From Octopus vulgaris (lineage: Eukaryota): a stretch of 64,000 nucleotides of DNA. The first letter of the stretch is position 1, and each line of letters starts with the position of its first letter. The stretch lies in NCBI GenBank assembly GCA_951406725.2, contig OX597814.1, forward strand, positions 110,732,001 to 110,796,000, read 5' to 3'. This document shows, piece after piece, positions 49,902 to 63,565 of this stretch. Below the pieces are notes generated by a model. It ran no database searches. It had not been told where the DNA came from and saw only the letters and a program-made list of their open reading frames with translations. Both the position numbers and the translations under genes were made by a program.

Positions 49902-50117
49902 AGGTGGCGAGCTGGCAGAAACGTTAACATGCCGGGCGAAATGCTTAATGGTATTTCATCTGTCTGAGTTCAAATTCTGCTGAGGTCAACTTTGCCTTTC
50001 ATCCTTTCGGGTTCGATTAAATAAGTACCAGTTACGCACTGGGGTCGATGTAATTGACTTAATCCCTTTACTGTCCTTGTTTGTCTCCTCTGTTTAGCCC
50101 CCTGTGGGCAATAAAGG
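49902..50117 (+). mobile_element. SINE family B inserted in a family E copy
   Basis: Family B motifs; AATATTTC..CCATGG duplicated on both sides. Confidence 0.8.
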
Positions 50118-50229
50118 CATTAAAAAAGTTTTTTTTAAATATTTCCCCCATGGCTGGATATGTTTTCATGGAAGACTAGAAACAGTGTACCATTGGTCTT
50201 GTTAATACAAGGAAGCAGAATTTATATAG

Positions 50230-50601
50230 TCTTTTACTTGTTTCAGCCATTTGACTGCAGCCATGCTGGAGCACCATCTATTCTTTGTAAGCCTAGTACT
50301 TATTCTATTGGTCTCTTTTGATGAATCACTAAGGGGAGATAAACACACCAACATCGGTTGTCAAGCAATGGTGGGGAAACACACACACACACACAAATAT
50401 ATATACATACATATATACACACCCACACACACACACCCACAAGCTTCTTCCAGTTTCCATATAGCAAATCCACTCACAAAGCTTTGGTTGGCCTGCAGCT
50501 ATAGTAGAAGACACTTACCCAAGGTGCCATATAGTGGGACTGAACCCAAACACATGTGATTAGGAAGCAAGCTTCTTACCACACAGCCATGCCTGCGCCT
50601 A
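50230..50601 (-). mobile_element. SINE family A
   Basis: Reverse-complement head and tail. Confidence 0.85.
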
Positions 50602-50818
50602 TGCTGAGCTTCTTTCAGTTTGTTGAGGGTTTGTAACAGGAAGGGCATCCAGCTGTAGGAAATGTCCTAATGAATTCCATCTGATCTGTGTAGGTATGGA
50701 AAAGCAGATGTTAAATTACTGCTGACGATGATGATTTATACCTTCATATAATAGTGAATTTATTAATCCATCCACTGTATAATGTCTTCCTTAATTTTAG
50801 TTCTATTTTCATAAAACA

Positions 50819-51270
50819 AGTGGCACATAAAAGGCACCATTCATGTGTGATCGTTACCAGCATCGCCTTACTGGCACTTGAGCCCTGTGCTAGTAGGGTG
50901 TTAAGAGCATCATCAGAGCGTGATCGTTGCCAGAGTGGCTATCTGGCCTCCGTGCCGGTGGCACGTAAAATACACCATTCGAGCGTGATTGTTACCAGCA
51001 TCGCCTTACTGGCACCTGTGCCGGTGGCATGTGTAAAAGATTCAAGTGAGGTTGTTGCCAGTACCGCCTGACTGGCCCCGTGCCGGTGGCACGTAAAAGC
51101 ATCCACTACACTCTCGGAGTGGTTGGCGTTAGGGAGGACATCCAGCTGTAGAAACTGCCAGATCAAGATTGAAGCCTGGTGCAGCCATCTGGCTCACCAG
51201 CCCTCAGTCAAATCGTCCAACCCAGGCTAGTTTGGAAAGCGGACGTTAAACGATGATGATGATGATGATG
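50819..51270 (+). mobile_element. RTE 3'UTR fragment (family C) with tandem units
   Basis: Near reverse complement of 2230-2645; (GAT)n tail. Confidence 0.9.
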
Positions 51271-52202
51271 AAGTTAAAAAGCAATTATTCACGTGGTGTT
51301 CTTCCTTTATAAGTTCTTAGCCCTGAAATCCTTTTGCAATGGGAAGAAATATGTTTACATACCATTGAATTTAAAGTAATTTACATAGGTTTCGTAACTT
51401 GCATAGGTTTACAATGTTAAAATAATTATCTTAAATTTGTTATAGTTATATCGTTAAATAAGGAAATTGCATCTAAATGAAAGTAAATCCAGTCTTGTAA
51501 TGACACTCAGGATTAAATTGATTGATTTAGATTAAAGGATTTAGTTATTTTGAGGATTAGGTTTTGTTAACAATCATCTTTTTTCTCGTATATAGTTGCC
51601 TGTAGTTTGTATAAAAATACTAGATTAACTAACCTTGTTCAATTAATATAATTAACTCTAATCAGTTAAGTAGATGACTGAACAATTCTCCCAGTCATAC
51701 CAATCTGTGGTTATTCATTAAAACTCTATCATCTTAAGATTGTTTTGCTGAGGAGGTTTATTAAGACTTGAACATATCTGGAATTATCCCCTTCTCACTC
51801 TCCACTGCATTTTAATAAATTCTGATTAATTTAAATTTCAATACCAATCTTGGGTTATGAATTGGTGAAATTAAGGAATCTTTGTGGTATTTGTTGCAGC
51901 TCATTACATTCTGAGCTCAAATCCTACTGTAGACTACTTGGGTGATGGACTTCATTCATTACCCACTTAAACACCATCACCTGGCATCTTGGGTACCTTT
52001 AAAAGAATTTACACTATTGCAAGCATTCACACTAGGCCTCTGGTTTGAGGATACCTTCTTCCTTTCATCCCATTAGTTTCAGAAGGCTTGTGAAGGGTCA
52101 TGAGCACTGCCTGCCTTTCCTCCTGACTAAAAGATGAAAAAATCTGGGCAAGTAGGTTAGAGTAAAAGAAAGAAAAAAAAGTTTCAAGAGGGTTATTCAA
52201 TA

Positions 52203-52509
52203 CTAGCAGTATCGCCCAGCGTTGCTCGGGTTTGTAAGGGAAATAACTATATAAGCATTTTTAGAGAGTTACTTCCATTATATATCCCGAGCAAAAATCA
52301 TTAAAAATGCGGAAAAATGATGGTAAATTTTTTTTTAAATCGTAGACTCATCGTAGACGCACGCTAATACCTAGAAGGGCTCGATATGAATGACGACTAT
52401 AAGATACCCACTTTTGGTTAAACTGCACTGCAAAATGTGGGAGTAGTTAGGAATCTAAATCGGAGGAGACAGAGTCTCACACACACAACTTCAATTTTAT
52501 ATATAAAGA
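52203..52509 (-). mobile_element. non-autonomous Helitron, shorter variant of 38059-38564
   Basis: Same termini and subterminal sequence, different middle. Confidence 0.9.
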
Positions 52510-53499
52510 TTTGCAAGGCCCTGGTGAAGTCAAATTAACCTTTTAAGATGAGTAGGAGAAAGCAGCTCCTTAGTTTGGAGTAGAGACAACAAGAGGAAAC
52601 ATCATGTCAGTAGATTGAAGGTGTGTAGCATGGTTTGTTGGTTGGTCAGATTAGATTTTTAATTTTGCTGTGGTTAGAACGTTTGTCTGCAGCACCACCA
52701 TCCTAAATTGGTGAGCAGTTCCCTGTACTTTGTAAAGAGAGGAATGGTAACCGTTCAAAAGAAAAATACGTTTTGGAACACAAAATATAGCTTAATCTTT
52801 GAGTTATATACAGTGGTATGAGTGAACAAATTGAACTTAGACCCAGCTTAATTCAGTGTGTAAACTGAGCATTTAGGGGGAAAAAACTCCCAGAACAAAC
52901 GAACAAACTGTAAACAGTGAAATCATACTTGTGAACATAAAATTCAATGACTTCTTTGTGGAAGTTCTTTTCCTGATTGCAACCTGGTTTATGTTTAGAT
53001 TCAAGTAATTCTTAGATTTTGTCTCAACAAAAGAGAACTGAATCCAGATTCTCACAAGCGTCTCATTCCAAATGAAAACAGGACACAGTTCTTGGTCATA
53101 ATCTACGAGTCAGCTCCATATATGTAAAATAATTTGATTTCTTGGTATGCTCAATGAAGTTTCTTTTAAGAGTTATTTTATTCTGAAAAGCAATTTGAAT
53201 AAAATATATACTTTCCGTCTTTGTCTCAGCTCTTGAAATTTCATCATATGCCCTCAATGGGTTTGGACACACCAGTTTGGGAACCCCTACTGTAGTGAAT
53301 TTGTGATGGTATGATTTAGCTTATTCTTGTGAAATCAAGGTTTTGGTTTGTTTATGTCTGGCTGGAATTGAAGATGTGGTTTCTTATGATCGTAAAAGAC
53401 TATATGAACTGTATAACATTATTTGGATTATGAGTGATTGTAAATGCAAATCTTTATTAGATATTGATCACCTTAAATCTGATTGAGAAGGAGCTTCAG

Positions 53500-53815
53500 G
53501 GGCACATGATGTACTACCAAGCTTCTCATGACTGCTCAGAACATTTCATGGCTTGAACACAAGACTGGGGAGATTTATGGAAACATTCTACCTGTTTCTA
53601 CTATTGTTGCTTATTGTAGGGTAGGCTTTGCTGGTTACTGCCACCATGCCAAACACCAGGCTATATCAGATGTATTTTGGAGATGTCCACAATTTAATAG
53701 CGGACATAGACTACTCGAATATATTGGTGTTATCAGTAGACACAGAAAACCTGAATTTTTGACCCACCAAAGCTTAACGTGAAGGACAGAGATTCCAAGT
53801 GCAGTATGGTGAAAT
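53500..53815 (+). pseudogene. decayed C-terminal fragment of an RTEX/RTE-like LINE ORF
   Basis: ORF 53528-53782 AQNISWLEHKT.EIYGNILPVS..FAGYC..AKHQAISD..W matches the NISW..H..IYG.LP.VS..FAGHC pattern of RTEX-type elements (recollection). Confidence 0.65.
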
Positions 53816-54662
53816 GCATTTTGGTTGTGGCCATTTGAAGAAGAAATCTGAATGCACATTTTCTGAAGTTATGAAAATCTAGCAGAGTTTCGAGTTTGTT
53901 AGTTGTTGATTTTTTTTTTCTTGCTTATTATTGGAAACGAAGCCTTTTGATGTTTCTACACTAAACAAAAACAATTATATTTATGAGATGCAAAAAGAAT
54001 GTCATCATTTAAAATTCTGTAAAACATATTAGTCTCAAGAACAAAGAAAAGTATATATTTTTGAAGACATTGGTCTTGTTTTCTCTCAACCATCAAAAAC
54101 AATAGGCTGACAGATTGACCCTATTGATTTTTTTTTCTCAAGACAATAACAAAAAAAAAAAAAAAAAGAAAATTCAATTAAAAGGTTTGTTTTATCTCAT
54201 TTTCTTTCTTATGTGACTAAGCCATCTATCTTAAGCATATTTCATTTGTATTTTTTAAAGTTTGATATACATCATCATCATCATCATTATTGTTTAACGG
54301 CTGCCTTCCATATATAAAATTTTGTCATTTTTGTAAACAAATATTCTATTCTGCCTGTGTGCAAATTTAGCGAAAGGCTTTGCTAATAATTTATTTTCCC
54401 ATTAGTTTTGAAAACACAATTCTAAGCACAATTTGAGGGGCTGTCTATTTTATTAAGTGGTAGTAGTAGTAGTAGTAAAACAAGCAAAGGTGGGATCTGC
54501 TCTAATGTTTGTTTTATCGAGAGATGTCAATGCCATCTGTTGACAAGTTGTTGAAGAATCAATTTTTTTCCTGTTTGTTTTCATTTTCAGAACTCTTTCA
54601 TGACATTCCTCTGTCAATTTAACTGCCAGAATTCCAAATTTCTCTGATTGTGTGTGCATGTG

Positions 54663-54708
<46 letters not shown>

Positions 54709-54749
54709 TACACACACACATATGAGGTACTTTCTCAGCAATAGTCAAC

Positions 54750-55600
54750 CTTCATCATCATCATTTAATGTCTAATTTCCATGCTGGCATAGGTTGGATG
54801 GTTTGACTGAGGCCTGGCAAACCAGATGGCTGCACCAGGCTCCAATCTGTTCTGGCAAGGTTTCTACAGCTGGGTGCCCTTCCTAATTCCAACCACTCTG
54901 AGAGTGTAGTGGGTACTTTGTATGTGCCACTGGCATTGATCATGTTTGGATGGTGCTTTTTACGTGCCACTGGCATAAGAGCCAGTCAAGGGGTACTGGC
55001 ATCGGCCATGATTGGTTGATGCTTTTTATGTTCCACTGGCACAGGAGCCAGTCAGGGGCACTGGCTGCAGCTACAATATTGGTTTTACTTGACTTAACAG
55101 GTCTTCTCAAGCATATCATATTACCTGACGCATCAGGGGTATTCTTAACAGGGCTGGACATGTGTAGCTGCGATATCACTTTAGTTGCTGGGTCTTATCA
55201 ATCACAGCATATCTCCAAAGGTCCCAGTCTTCCATTATTGCCTCTGTGAGGCCCAGTGTTTGAACTCAAGCACAGTATATTGCCCAATGATTGAAGGGTA
55301 CTCTTCAATGGGCCTGTTATGTGACACTGGCTGAGGCCAATGCCACAGTCTCACTTGGCTTGCCGGGTCTTCTCAAGCACAACATATCTCCAAAGGTCTT
55401 GGTTGCTTGTCATTGCCTCTGTGAGGCTCAATGTTCGAAAGTCATGCTTCACCACCTCATCCCAGGTCTTCCTAGGTCTAGCTCTTCCACAGGTTCCATC
55501 CACATTTAGGGTGTGACACTTTTTCACACAGCTGTCCTTGTCCATACGCAACACATGACCTTACCAGCGCAGTCACATCTCATGCACACCACATCTGATG
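54750..55600 (-). mobile_element. RTE-clade LINE 3' end: ORF C-terminus plus full 3'UTR
   Basis: LRW*GHVLRMDKDSCVKKC..GRARPRKTWDEVVKHD..AMTSNQDLWR (stop at 55351), then the repeat-rich UTR equal to family C and an (ATG)n tail. Confidence 0.9.
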
Positions 55601-55939
55601 TTTTGGATTACATTATCTAATGTCTCCTTTTAAAAGATGGTAGGATATAATTTGAAGGCGATTTAGCTGCTTTTTCTGGAAGGTTGCATGACTGCTTAGA
55701 GATTTGCTCATTGACTTGCAGTATATAGTTGTATAAGGTTCAAAACCAGCGTTCCTCTTTTGGCCAGTGCTGTGTCATTTAGTAAATATTGATGTCTGGC
55801 TCTTGTAGTGGAAATTTTGGATTTGCATTCCTAAAGTAGGGGCTCAGTAAGTTTGTGTCGTTTCACCTTCATGGAACCATTGATGACTTGTTAATCTCAT
55901 GTAAATTTTTAAAACATAATTTAGAAGTATAATTATTAA

Positions 55940-56321
55940 ACCTTTAACATTTTGATTGCTCTGTCAAATGTATTTATTCTTATTGTTGTCAATTAGATAA
56001 TGCATTATCTTGTAGTTTCAAGACTTTGATTATGTGATTGTTTATTTTTAGAATGATATTGTAATGTAGGTGTGAGAAGCTGGATCTGGTCAGTTTGAAC
56101 AGAAAACAGGTAGAATATTTGGGCCAGATTTGGCTGGTTTAACCCTTTAGTAATCACATTGTTTTGAGTTAGTTATGCATGTTGCAGCTTCAAGGTTTCA
56201 ATGATGTGAGAGTTTATTTTTGTGAATGACATTGTAGGGTTGGTGTGAGAGGCCAGACCTGGCCTGTTCTCAACATAAAACAAGTAGAATATTTGGGCTG
56301 GATGGTTTGAATGTTAATAGG
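55940..56321. mobile_element. two piggyBac-like family 2 MITEs, the second starting at the first's internal TTAA (56139-56142)
   Basis: Two colinear copies; junction GGTTTAA-CCCTTTAG. Confidence 0.7.
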
Positions 56322-56672
56322 TTAAAAACAATTTCTGGATTTAAAAATGATAATTCTTCATTCGTTTGTGCCATTAAATATAAAGAAAATACTTAAATTG
56401 ATAAAGAACTATAAAAATCCAGTTATATTACATTAATACATTTGGAATATTTAATATGAAATATATGTTTGGTGAATACTAGTTTACATTGCATCAATAT
56501 TTGGCTGGGAATTAAACACTTATAGATCCAGTTTGTTAATAATTCAGCACCCTAAATGCTCAGAATTGTTTCATATGTTTGTTAACCCCTTGTATAGCAA
56601 CATAGACCCTCCCCCACCTTTCTGGGGCCAATATTAACCACTTTACTGATATCTGTCCTAAAGTATGTGGTT

Positions 56673-56952
56673 TCATCATCATCGTTTAACGTCCGTTTTC
56701 CATGCTAGCATGGGTTGGACGGTTCGACCGGGGTCTGGGAAGCCAGGAGGCTGCCTGCACCAGCTGTAGAAACACTGCCAGCAGTGTTTCTACAGCTGGA
56801 TGCCCTTCCTAACGCCAACCACTCCGTAAGTGTAGTAGGTGCTTTTTACATGCCACCGGCACAGGGGCCAGAGGAGGCTGGCAAACGGCCACGATCAGTT
56901 GGTGCTTTTTACGTGTCACCGACACGGATGCCAGTCAGGCGGCGCTGGCATC
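56673..56952 (-). mobile_element. RTE 3'UTR fragment (family C) with a small internal inversion
   Basis: CAGCTGTAGAAACACTGC-ca-GCAGTGTTTCTACAGCTG hairpin at 56761-56798. Confidence 0.85.
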
Positions 56953-57373
56953 ACATAATGCACACATGTTCTGTTCAGTACAAAATTAAGAGTACACAGC
57001 TGCAGTGCTTGTAATTTAGTCTCAGAGAGGGAACTGGTCACTCCAAGTGAGCTTAAGGATTTCTCATATGTATTTTGTGTTGAAGGTTTTTCTAAAGATA
57101 TTGAGAATTATTAATAATTTGTCTGCCCGATTTTATTGCTGTCTCTCTTTGACAGTTGTTGCTTAGAATCTGTACAAGTGAACCACTGTCTAATTGATTT
57201 GTTTGTTTCAATTTTACCAATATTGTTCTCTGTGCTGTTGCAACACGGGCAATTACATTGTAGAAGTACAGTCCTGTAAGGGATTGTACATCTAATGAGA
57301 TATGACTGCTCAGCTTTCAATTAATTTTGAAAACAATTAAAAATTTAAGATTTATAAAAATAACTTTTCATTA

Positions 57374-57789
57374 GGCACAGGAGTGGTTGTGTGGTAAGTA
57401 GCTTGCTAACCAACCACATGGTTCCGGGTTCAGTCCCACTGCGTGGCATCTTGGGCAAGTGTCTTCTGCTATAGCCCCGGGCTGACCAATGCCTTGTGAG
57501 TGGATTTGGTAGACGGATACTGAAAGAAGTCTGTCGTATATATGTATATATATATGTATGTGTGTGTGTATATGTTTGTGTGTCAGTGTTTGTCCCCCTA
57601 GCATTGCTTGACAACCGATGCTGGTGTGTTTACGTCCCCGTCACTTAGCGGTTCGGCAAAAGAGACCGATAGAATAAGTACTGGGCTTACAAAGAATAAG
57701 TCCTGGGGTCGATTTGCTCGACTAAAGGCGGTGCTCCAGCATGGCCGCAGTCAAATGACTGAAACAAGTAAAAGAGAGTAAAGAGTAAT
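57374..57789 (+). mobile_element. SINE family A, full length with TSD
   Basis: TSD CTTTTCATTA at 57364-57373 and 57790-57799. Confidence 0.95.
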
Positions 57790-58894
57790 CTTTTCATTAA
57801 TATTTAGCTTGTATTGGAATATAATTTAACAAAAGGTTTTTGTATAACATTATGATGCAAGATTTAAATTTAAATAGGTACACTTCAAATTAGGTCATTT
57901 GCTTTTCTATATCGAAGAAATTTATAGGTTATCTCTGATGGTTTGGTACTGAAACCAATACAGTCAGTTGGCCAGCTGATGTAAGTCAAACAGTAATATT
58001 GTAGCAGATTATTAGACATAGCATTTTAATATAATGGGCTATATTGAACATAAAGTTTGCTTTTATCTGACTATATGTGGACACATTTTGTGATCTGAAG
58101 TAGGATGGTTCCCTGCCTCTCTGTCTCTCTGTCTGTCTGTCTCTCTCTCTCTCACACACACACAGTCTGGGATATGTGTTTTTGTAAATTGATAAAGAGT
58201 ACATAAAGAAATGAACCTTTGTGTAAGCTGCCAAAATTGTTTTAACGTTGTGTAAGTAATTCCCACGTGATTGTTTAGATGGAGAAAATAAAGAACTTGA
58301 ATAGATTTCGTTTTAAAAAGAAGAAATAAGTCATTATATGTATGTGTATCTATTTATATATGTATGTATATACATATATACATAAATATGAATGTTTGTG
58401 TATATGTATATACATGTGTGTGTATGTGTTTGTAATATGTATGTATGCATATATATATATATTTTGTGAATTACAGTTTCTACTTTGCCAATTGCTGATC
58501 AGATCTTATTGACTTTCTTTCCAATCAATAACTTTATTCTTTCATGGTTTGTTTTATTTTCTCTTCATTGATCGTCGTATAAATTCTTTTTAAAATTGAT
58601 TCTACAAAGTTGCTTTGGCCTAAGAATATATTGTATTCAAATCTAATTATTCAGAAATATTCCGCTATTATTATGTGTTTGAAATGTTGAATAAAAACTT
58701 ATTTAATTATCTGACATTTTTCTAGATAGTGTTTTTACTGAGAATACTTATTGTCATTAGTCTTTGAAATGTTTTATTTTCTTGTTAATGGAAAGTTAGA
58801 ATCTTAAAATCTGTATGAGAAAGGCAGGAGATAACCTGGGATTAATCACTGGAAATATTGTTTAGGTAACAGGGTGACTGAGATGATTGCAACT

Positions 58895-59237
58895 GGCGGT
58901 GAGCTGGCAGAAGCATTAGCACGCCGGGCGAAATGCTTAATGGTATTTCGTCTGCCGTTATGTTCTGAGTTCAAATTCTGCCGAGGTCGACTTTGCCTTT
59001 CATCCTTTTGAGGTCGATTAAATAAGTGCCAGTTACGCACTGGGGTCGATATAATCGACTTAATCCATTTGTATGTCCTTGTTTGTCCCCTCTGTGTTTA
59101 GCCCCTTGTGGGTAGTAAAGAAATAGGTATTTCATCTGCCGCTACGTTCTGAGTTCAAATTCCGCAGAAGTGACTTTGCCTTTCATCCATTTGTCTGTCC
59201 CCTCTGTGTTTAGCCCCTTGTGGGTAGTAAAGAAATA
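58895..59237 (+). mobile_element. SINE family B ~1.5-mer within a single TSD
   Basis: TSD GATTGCAACT at 58885-58894 and 59238-59247; second partial unit starts at 59126. Confidence 0.9.
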
Positions 59238-59249
59238 GATTGCAACTGG

Positions 59250-59700
59250 CCTTTTCTTCTTTTTTTTTACTTGTTGGTTCTGGAGGAAGGGGGTGGTGCC
59301 CATAGTTTCCACAGCCTCTGCTTGCATAGCAAAGATTGATGTCACTAATGTTGAACCTTTTATAAGTCAGCAGCTACAAGAAGGACATTCCAGAGGGTTG
59401 ACATTCTAGGTGGGAAGAACTAGGTATAGTAATTTGTGTAGTGCCAGTGGCCTTGGCTACAACAAAGGGAATAAAAGCAGGAAGGGTGACCGGGAAGGAA
59501 CACCTGAGTGGAGGCAGCATGAATCGACCCAACTCAGGGGAGCAGAGGCTATTACAGTAGTGATACAAAAAGTCAAGAGGGGAGACTGCTGGAGCATGAC
59601 TCCAGGGACTTTATTCCAATCAGTTTGGTGGCACTTTTTTTGGATGTTGTCTTGGATGTCTATGTGAGCAGCACCATACCAGATAACGAGAGCAATATCT
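59250..59700 (-). pseudogene. decayed 3' end of a CR1/Zenon-like (Jockey-group) LINE
   Basis: Frameshifted YCS..W.GAA..IQKK..YHYCNSLCSPEL..PP..FFP..STLWNVL pattern; A-rich tail at 59250-59268. Confidence 0.65.
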
Positions 59701-60680
59701 ATAATTATTAATGATTGTTGTTTTTTTAACTTCAGATCAGCCCTGATTAAGCAGGTTTATGATCAAGGGTGTTAAAGTCTTAACTGTCTCGTATTTCCCC
59801 CATACAGCATGCATCCACCACCACATTATCTAACGTGTCTCTCCCTTTTAAGATAGTGAATTTGGTTGCTATTTCTAGCAGGTTGAGTGAATATTGTTGA
59901 ATCTTAACTTAAATAAATGTTGTTTCAAAAGAAATAAAAGTGAAGAATTACTGAAGAATTTGACTAAGTTGAAAGAGTAGAATAAATACCCTTCATTTGA
60001 CCTTTGAGAATTTTTGAGATTGTTTTATTTTTCTCTTTCTTTAAAAATTTTTTCAAGGCAAAAATCTACATTTACAGAGACGAAAGTAACAGCATGTAGG
60101 ATATTCTATCCTTAATGTTAATGGACTGTACTTAACTCAGAAGGATTGGTAAAATGGGTTGGTATGAATTGGAGAAGGGAATGTTTTAGTTAGAGAAGGA
60201 AGTTTTTTTTTTTAGTGTGTAAAGAATATTTGATTGAACCTTTTCCTAAAGGAGTCTGGGGAAAGTAGGTTATGGATGTTGCCAAGTGGAAACCACCAGC
60301 CGCTTACAAGTGAAGCTGTAATAGTTTGAATAGAAAATGGTTTGACAAATATTTCAGATATTATAGATTGGAAATTCCTGGGGTGTGAGATGGGAGGAAA
60401 CGACTAAAAGAATAATTATGGAAAACTAAAAAAAATATATATATATATAAAAAATGACAAAATGAGTATTTGGATGCCTGATCAATCAAGAAATCAACAC
60501 AAAATTCCATTGAGGAAAGCATTTAGTGGTAAGTAAGATATATTGTCGAAATATAAAAAAAATGATTGACTAAAGAAACCCCAATAAAATGTCTTGTAAA
60601 GCTTAAATATAAATTGGAAAGTTGCATTAGATGTTATCTAAGGTGTATGAGATGGAAAATAATTATTTAACTGTGATTTT

Positions 60681-60713
<33 letters not shown>

Positions 60714-60796
60714 GGGAGGGAAGGGGGATAGAAAGAGGGTAGTGTAGAAGGTAAATTAGAAATGCTAGCTAAATGCACTAAAAATTAATGCATTAA

Positions 60797-61013
60797 CCTT
60801 TTAGCATTCAGATTAATCTGACAAATGTAATGAATATTTATTCATGTAGTTCTGAATTAATCAGGTATTACTTCATAACTTTGAGATTTATTTTATTTGT
60901 TTGGTTTTAGAATGACATCGTAGTGTATGCTTGAGAGATCAGATCCAATTGGTTTGAACATAAAATAAGGTAGAATATTTGGGCCAGATATGACCAGTTT
61001 AAATGCTAAAGGG
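60797..61013. mobile_element. piggyBac-like MITE (family 2)
   Basis: TTAA-CCTTTTAGCATT..AATGCTAAAGGG-CTAA. Confidence 0.8.
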
Positions 61014-61037
61014 CTAAAATAGAATTAATATAAATAA

Positions 61038-61605
61038 TGATGACAAAAGACCGAGACCTTTGGAGATATGCTGTGATTGATAAGACCCGGTAAGTAAAGT
61101 GAGATCACAGCCATAACCCATACCAGTGTCGCATAACCAGCCCACTTTAAAAGTACCCTTGAATCACAGGGCGATAAACTGCACTTGAGAAGACCTATTG
61201 GGTCAGGTAAAATCAAAAGTAAATCAAGATTGAAATGGAAATTGTAGTTGTGGCCGATGCCAGTGTCACAAATGACTGGCTCCCCGTGCCGGTGGTATGT
61301 AAAAAGCACCATCCAAATGTGATCAGTGCCAGTGCCCCCTGACTGGCTCCTGTACCTGTGGCACATAGAAAGAACCATCCAAACATGGTCGATGCCAGTT
61401 CCGCCTGACTGGCTCCCATTGCCAGTGGCACATAAAAAGCACCCACTACACTCTCGGAGTGGTTGGTGTTAGGAAGGGCATCCAGCTGTAGAAACCTGCC
61501 AAATCAGACTGGAACCTGGTGCAGCTTACCAGTTTTCAGTCAAACTGTCCAATCCATGCCAGCATGGAAAATGAACATTAAATAATGATGATGATGATGA
61601 TGATT
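61038..61605 (+). mobile_element. RTE LINE terminal fragment
   Basis: MTKDRDLWRYAVIDKTR-like ORF end followed by family C UTR and (GAT)n. Confidence 0.85.
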
Positions 61606-61614
61606 TCTTTATTA

Positions 61615-61825
61615 AGGTAATGAGCTGGCAGAATCATTAGCATGCCAGGCAAAATGCTTTGTGGAATTTCATCCATCTTTATGTTCTGAGTTCAAATTCC
61701 ACACGGTTGACTTTGCCTTTCATCCTTTTGGAGTTGATATGTACCAGTTGAGCACAGGGGCCAAAGTAATTGACTTACCTCCTCATCCGAAATTGCTGGC
61801 CTTGTGCCAAAATTTGAATCAACAA
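61615..61825 (+). mobile_element. SINE family B variant
   Basis: GAGCTGGCAGAA head and B-box; tail AAATTGCTGGCCTTGTGCCAAAA. Confidence 0.75.
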
Positions 61826-62279
61826 TTATTTCTTTAATAACCCAGAAAACTCTACTAATATTTTGTGTTTTGGTCTTCAGTATTTTTGCAGATTCCTGCA
61901 GAAATATGAAGTCAGGAGTAATCTATATTTTTCATTGTCTTTTAATTTGAGAATTGTGTTTAAAGTTGGCAACAAAATTCACCATTTTATGTAATAACTC
62001 AGTTCATATCAGGCTGCATTTTATGTGTAGTGGTAAAATATTTGTTATTCTGTGAGTAAATATTGTTCCATCAGTGGAGACATTTTGTCTCAGCTCTTTC
62101 TTTCTTTCTTGGCTCACTCTTCCATCTTGTCTACTCACTGCGCCCCCCCCCACCGTCATTCCTTATCAAGATTTATTACATTTTTCTTTGTTTTATGCTC
62201 TATTTTCATCCATTTGTATTTTATTTTTTCCCTACTAAATTCAATTCTTCTCTGCTGTGTTCTCAAAAGTTTTTTTTTT

Positions 62280-62286
62280 ATAATAA

Positions 62287-62330
<44 letters not shown>

Positions 62331-62344
62331 ATAATAATAATAAT
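62280..62344. repeat. (AAT)n/(AGT)n microsatellite
   Basis: Direct reading. Confidence 0.95.
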
Positions 62345-63388
62345 CCATTCTGCTAAAGGCACAAGGCCTAAAATTTTTTGGGGGAGGGGACATAATTTAT
62401 TCCCCCCCTCCCCAAGGATGAAGGGTAAAGCTGACCTCCACGAAATATACCTTAAACCAAAGATCACCAAAATGTTATCAGTCTGACAGAATCAATAGAG
62501 TGTCAGATAAAGTACCCTGCAGTATTTTAGTTGTATTCCTTTACACTCCAAGTTTGAATTCAGCTGAAGCTGGCTGTTAACATCTGATGGCTAAATGGTA
62601 TCAGATGGTGCAGGGTGGGGGGTGATCTAATGTGTGGCTTTGTGCTTTTGTTAGAAATGAGTATTTAATTAAATATTATTGTCTGCTTTGGCAGCATTTC
62701 TACAGCGCAGTGCCCTTCCTAATGCCAAATACTTTACAACATCTAGTGAGTGTTTTATTTGTGCCACCATCACAAGGCTGCAAACTGAGGTGATGGTGGA
62801 GGTAGTGGTTTTTATACTAGGAGATGACAAGTTAAAGTATGAGGGAAAGGGCCAGAGCAGAACAGGAGTTTCTTGTTGTAGAGGAGTTATATGCCTTCTC
62901 TCATTTTAGAAGAGAGTAGGGGTGCAACTGGGAAGAAATACAAATAGTGGTGATGAGGTGGCTGGTTGGACCCTCAAGGTATGAGGTGAGTACAAATGAG
63001 TAAGGACAGAGGAACCAAGAGTAGAAATAGGTTGAGGGTGCAAGAGTAGGGGGGGAAGTAAGAGATGAGGAATGGGTGAGGAGGGAAGTAGGTGAGAACT
63101 GTAAAGATTGGGTAGGGTTGAAGGGTGGATAAGGAGTGAGGGCCGACCAATGGTGCAGGAGTTGGGGAAGGTAGGGCAGAGCAGGAGATGACTGACTGAC
63201 TTTAGAAAAAAGGGGGTGAAGAGCTGCAGAATATATATCATTTATATAGGTGAAGAGCTGCTGTTTATATATCATTTTTCTTGTTTAATATTTCAAGTAA
63301 TTATAAAAAATAAAATTCTATTTCAAATATTCTAATTGCTGTTTACTGTATGACATACTATGTATGTCTTTCTTTTTTTCCTTCACAG

Positions 63389-63565
63389 ACAAAGCACTGA
63401 CTTTTTTTCTTCTTTGCATCATTTACATTGCTGAAAAAAAAATTGGATTTTTAACTGTTTAATCTCTAAGTATAGCGTAATTGAAATTGTTGAAAAATTA
63501 CCGAAAGTATACACCACTGTTAAGAATGATGATATAAAGAGCTTAATATTGATGGCTAGGGACAG
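63389..63565 (+). other. candidate exon (5'UTR, possibly with start codon)
   Basis: Strong acceptor TCTTTCTTTTTTTCCTTCACAG (AG 63387-63388); weak donor AG/GTTAAC at 63566 after ATG GCT AGG GAC AG. Confidence 0.3.

Noticed and set aside
62052-62486. 144-aa ORF with poly-V/I, membrane-like
   Set aside because: Produced by (AGT)n/(AAT)n microsatellites and a SINE fragment
62901-63275. Pro/Ser/Leu-rich minus-strand ORFs
   Set aside because: Low-complexity purine-rich tract with no recognisable domain
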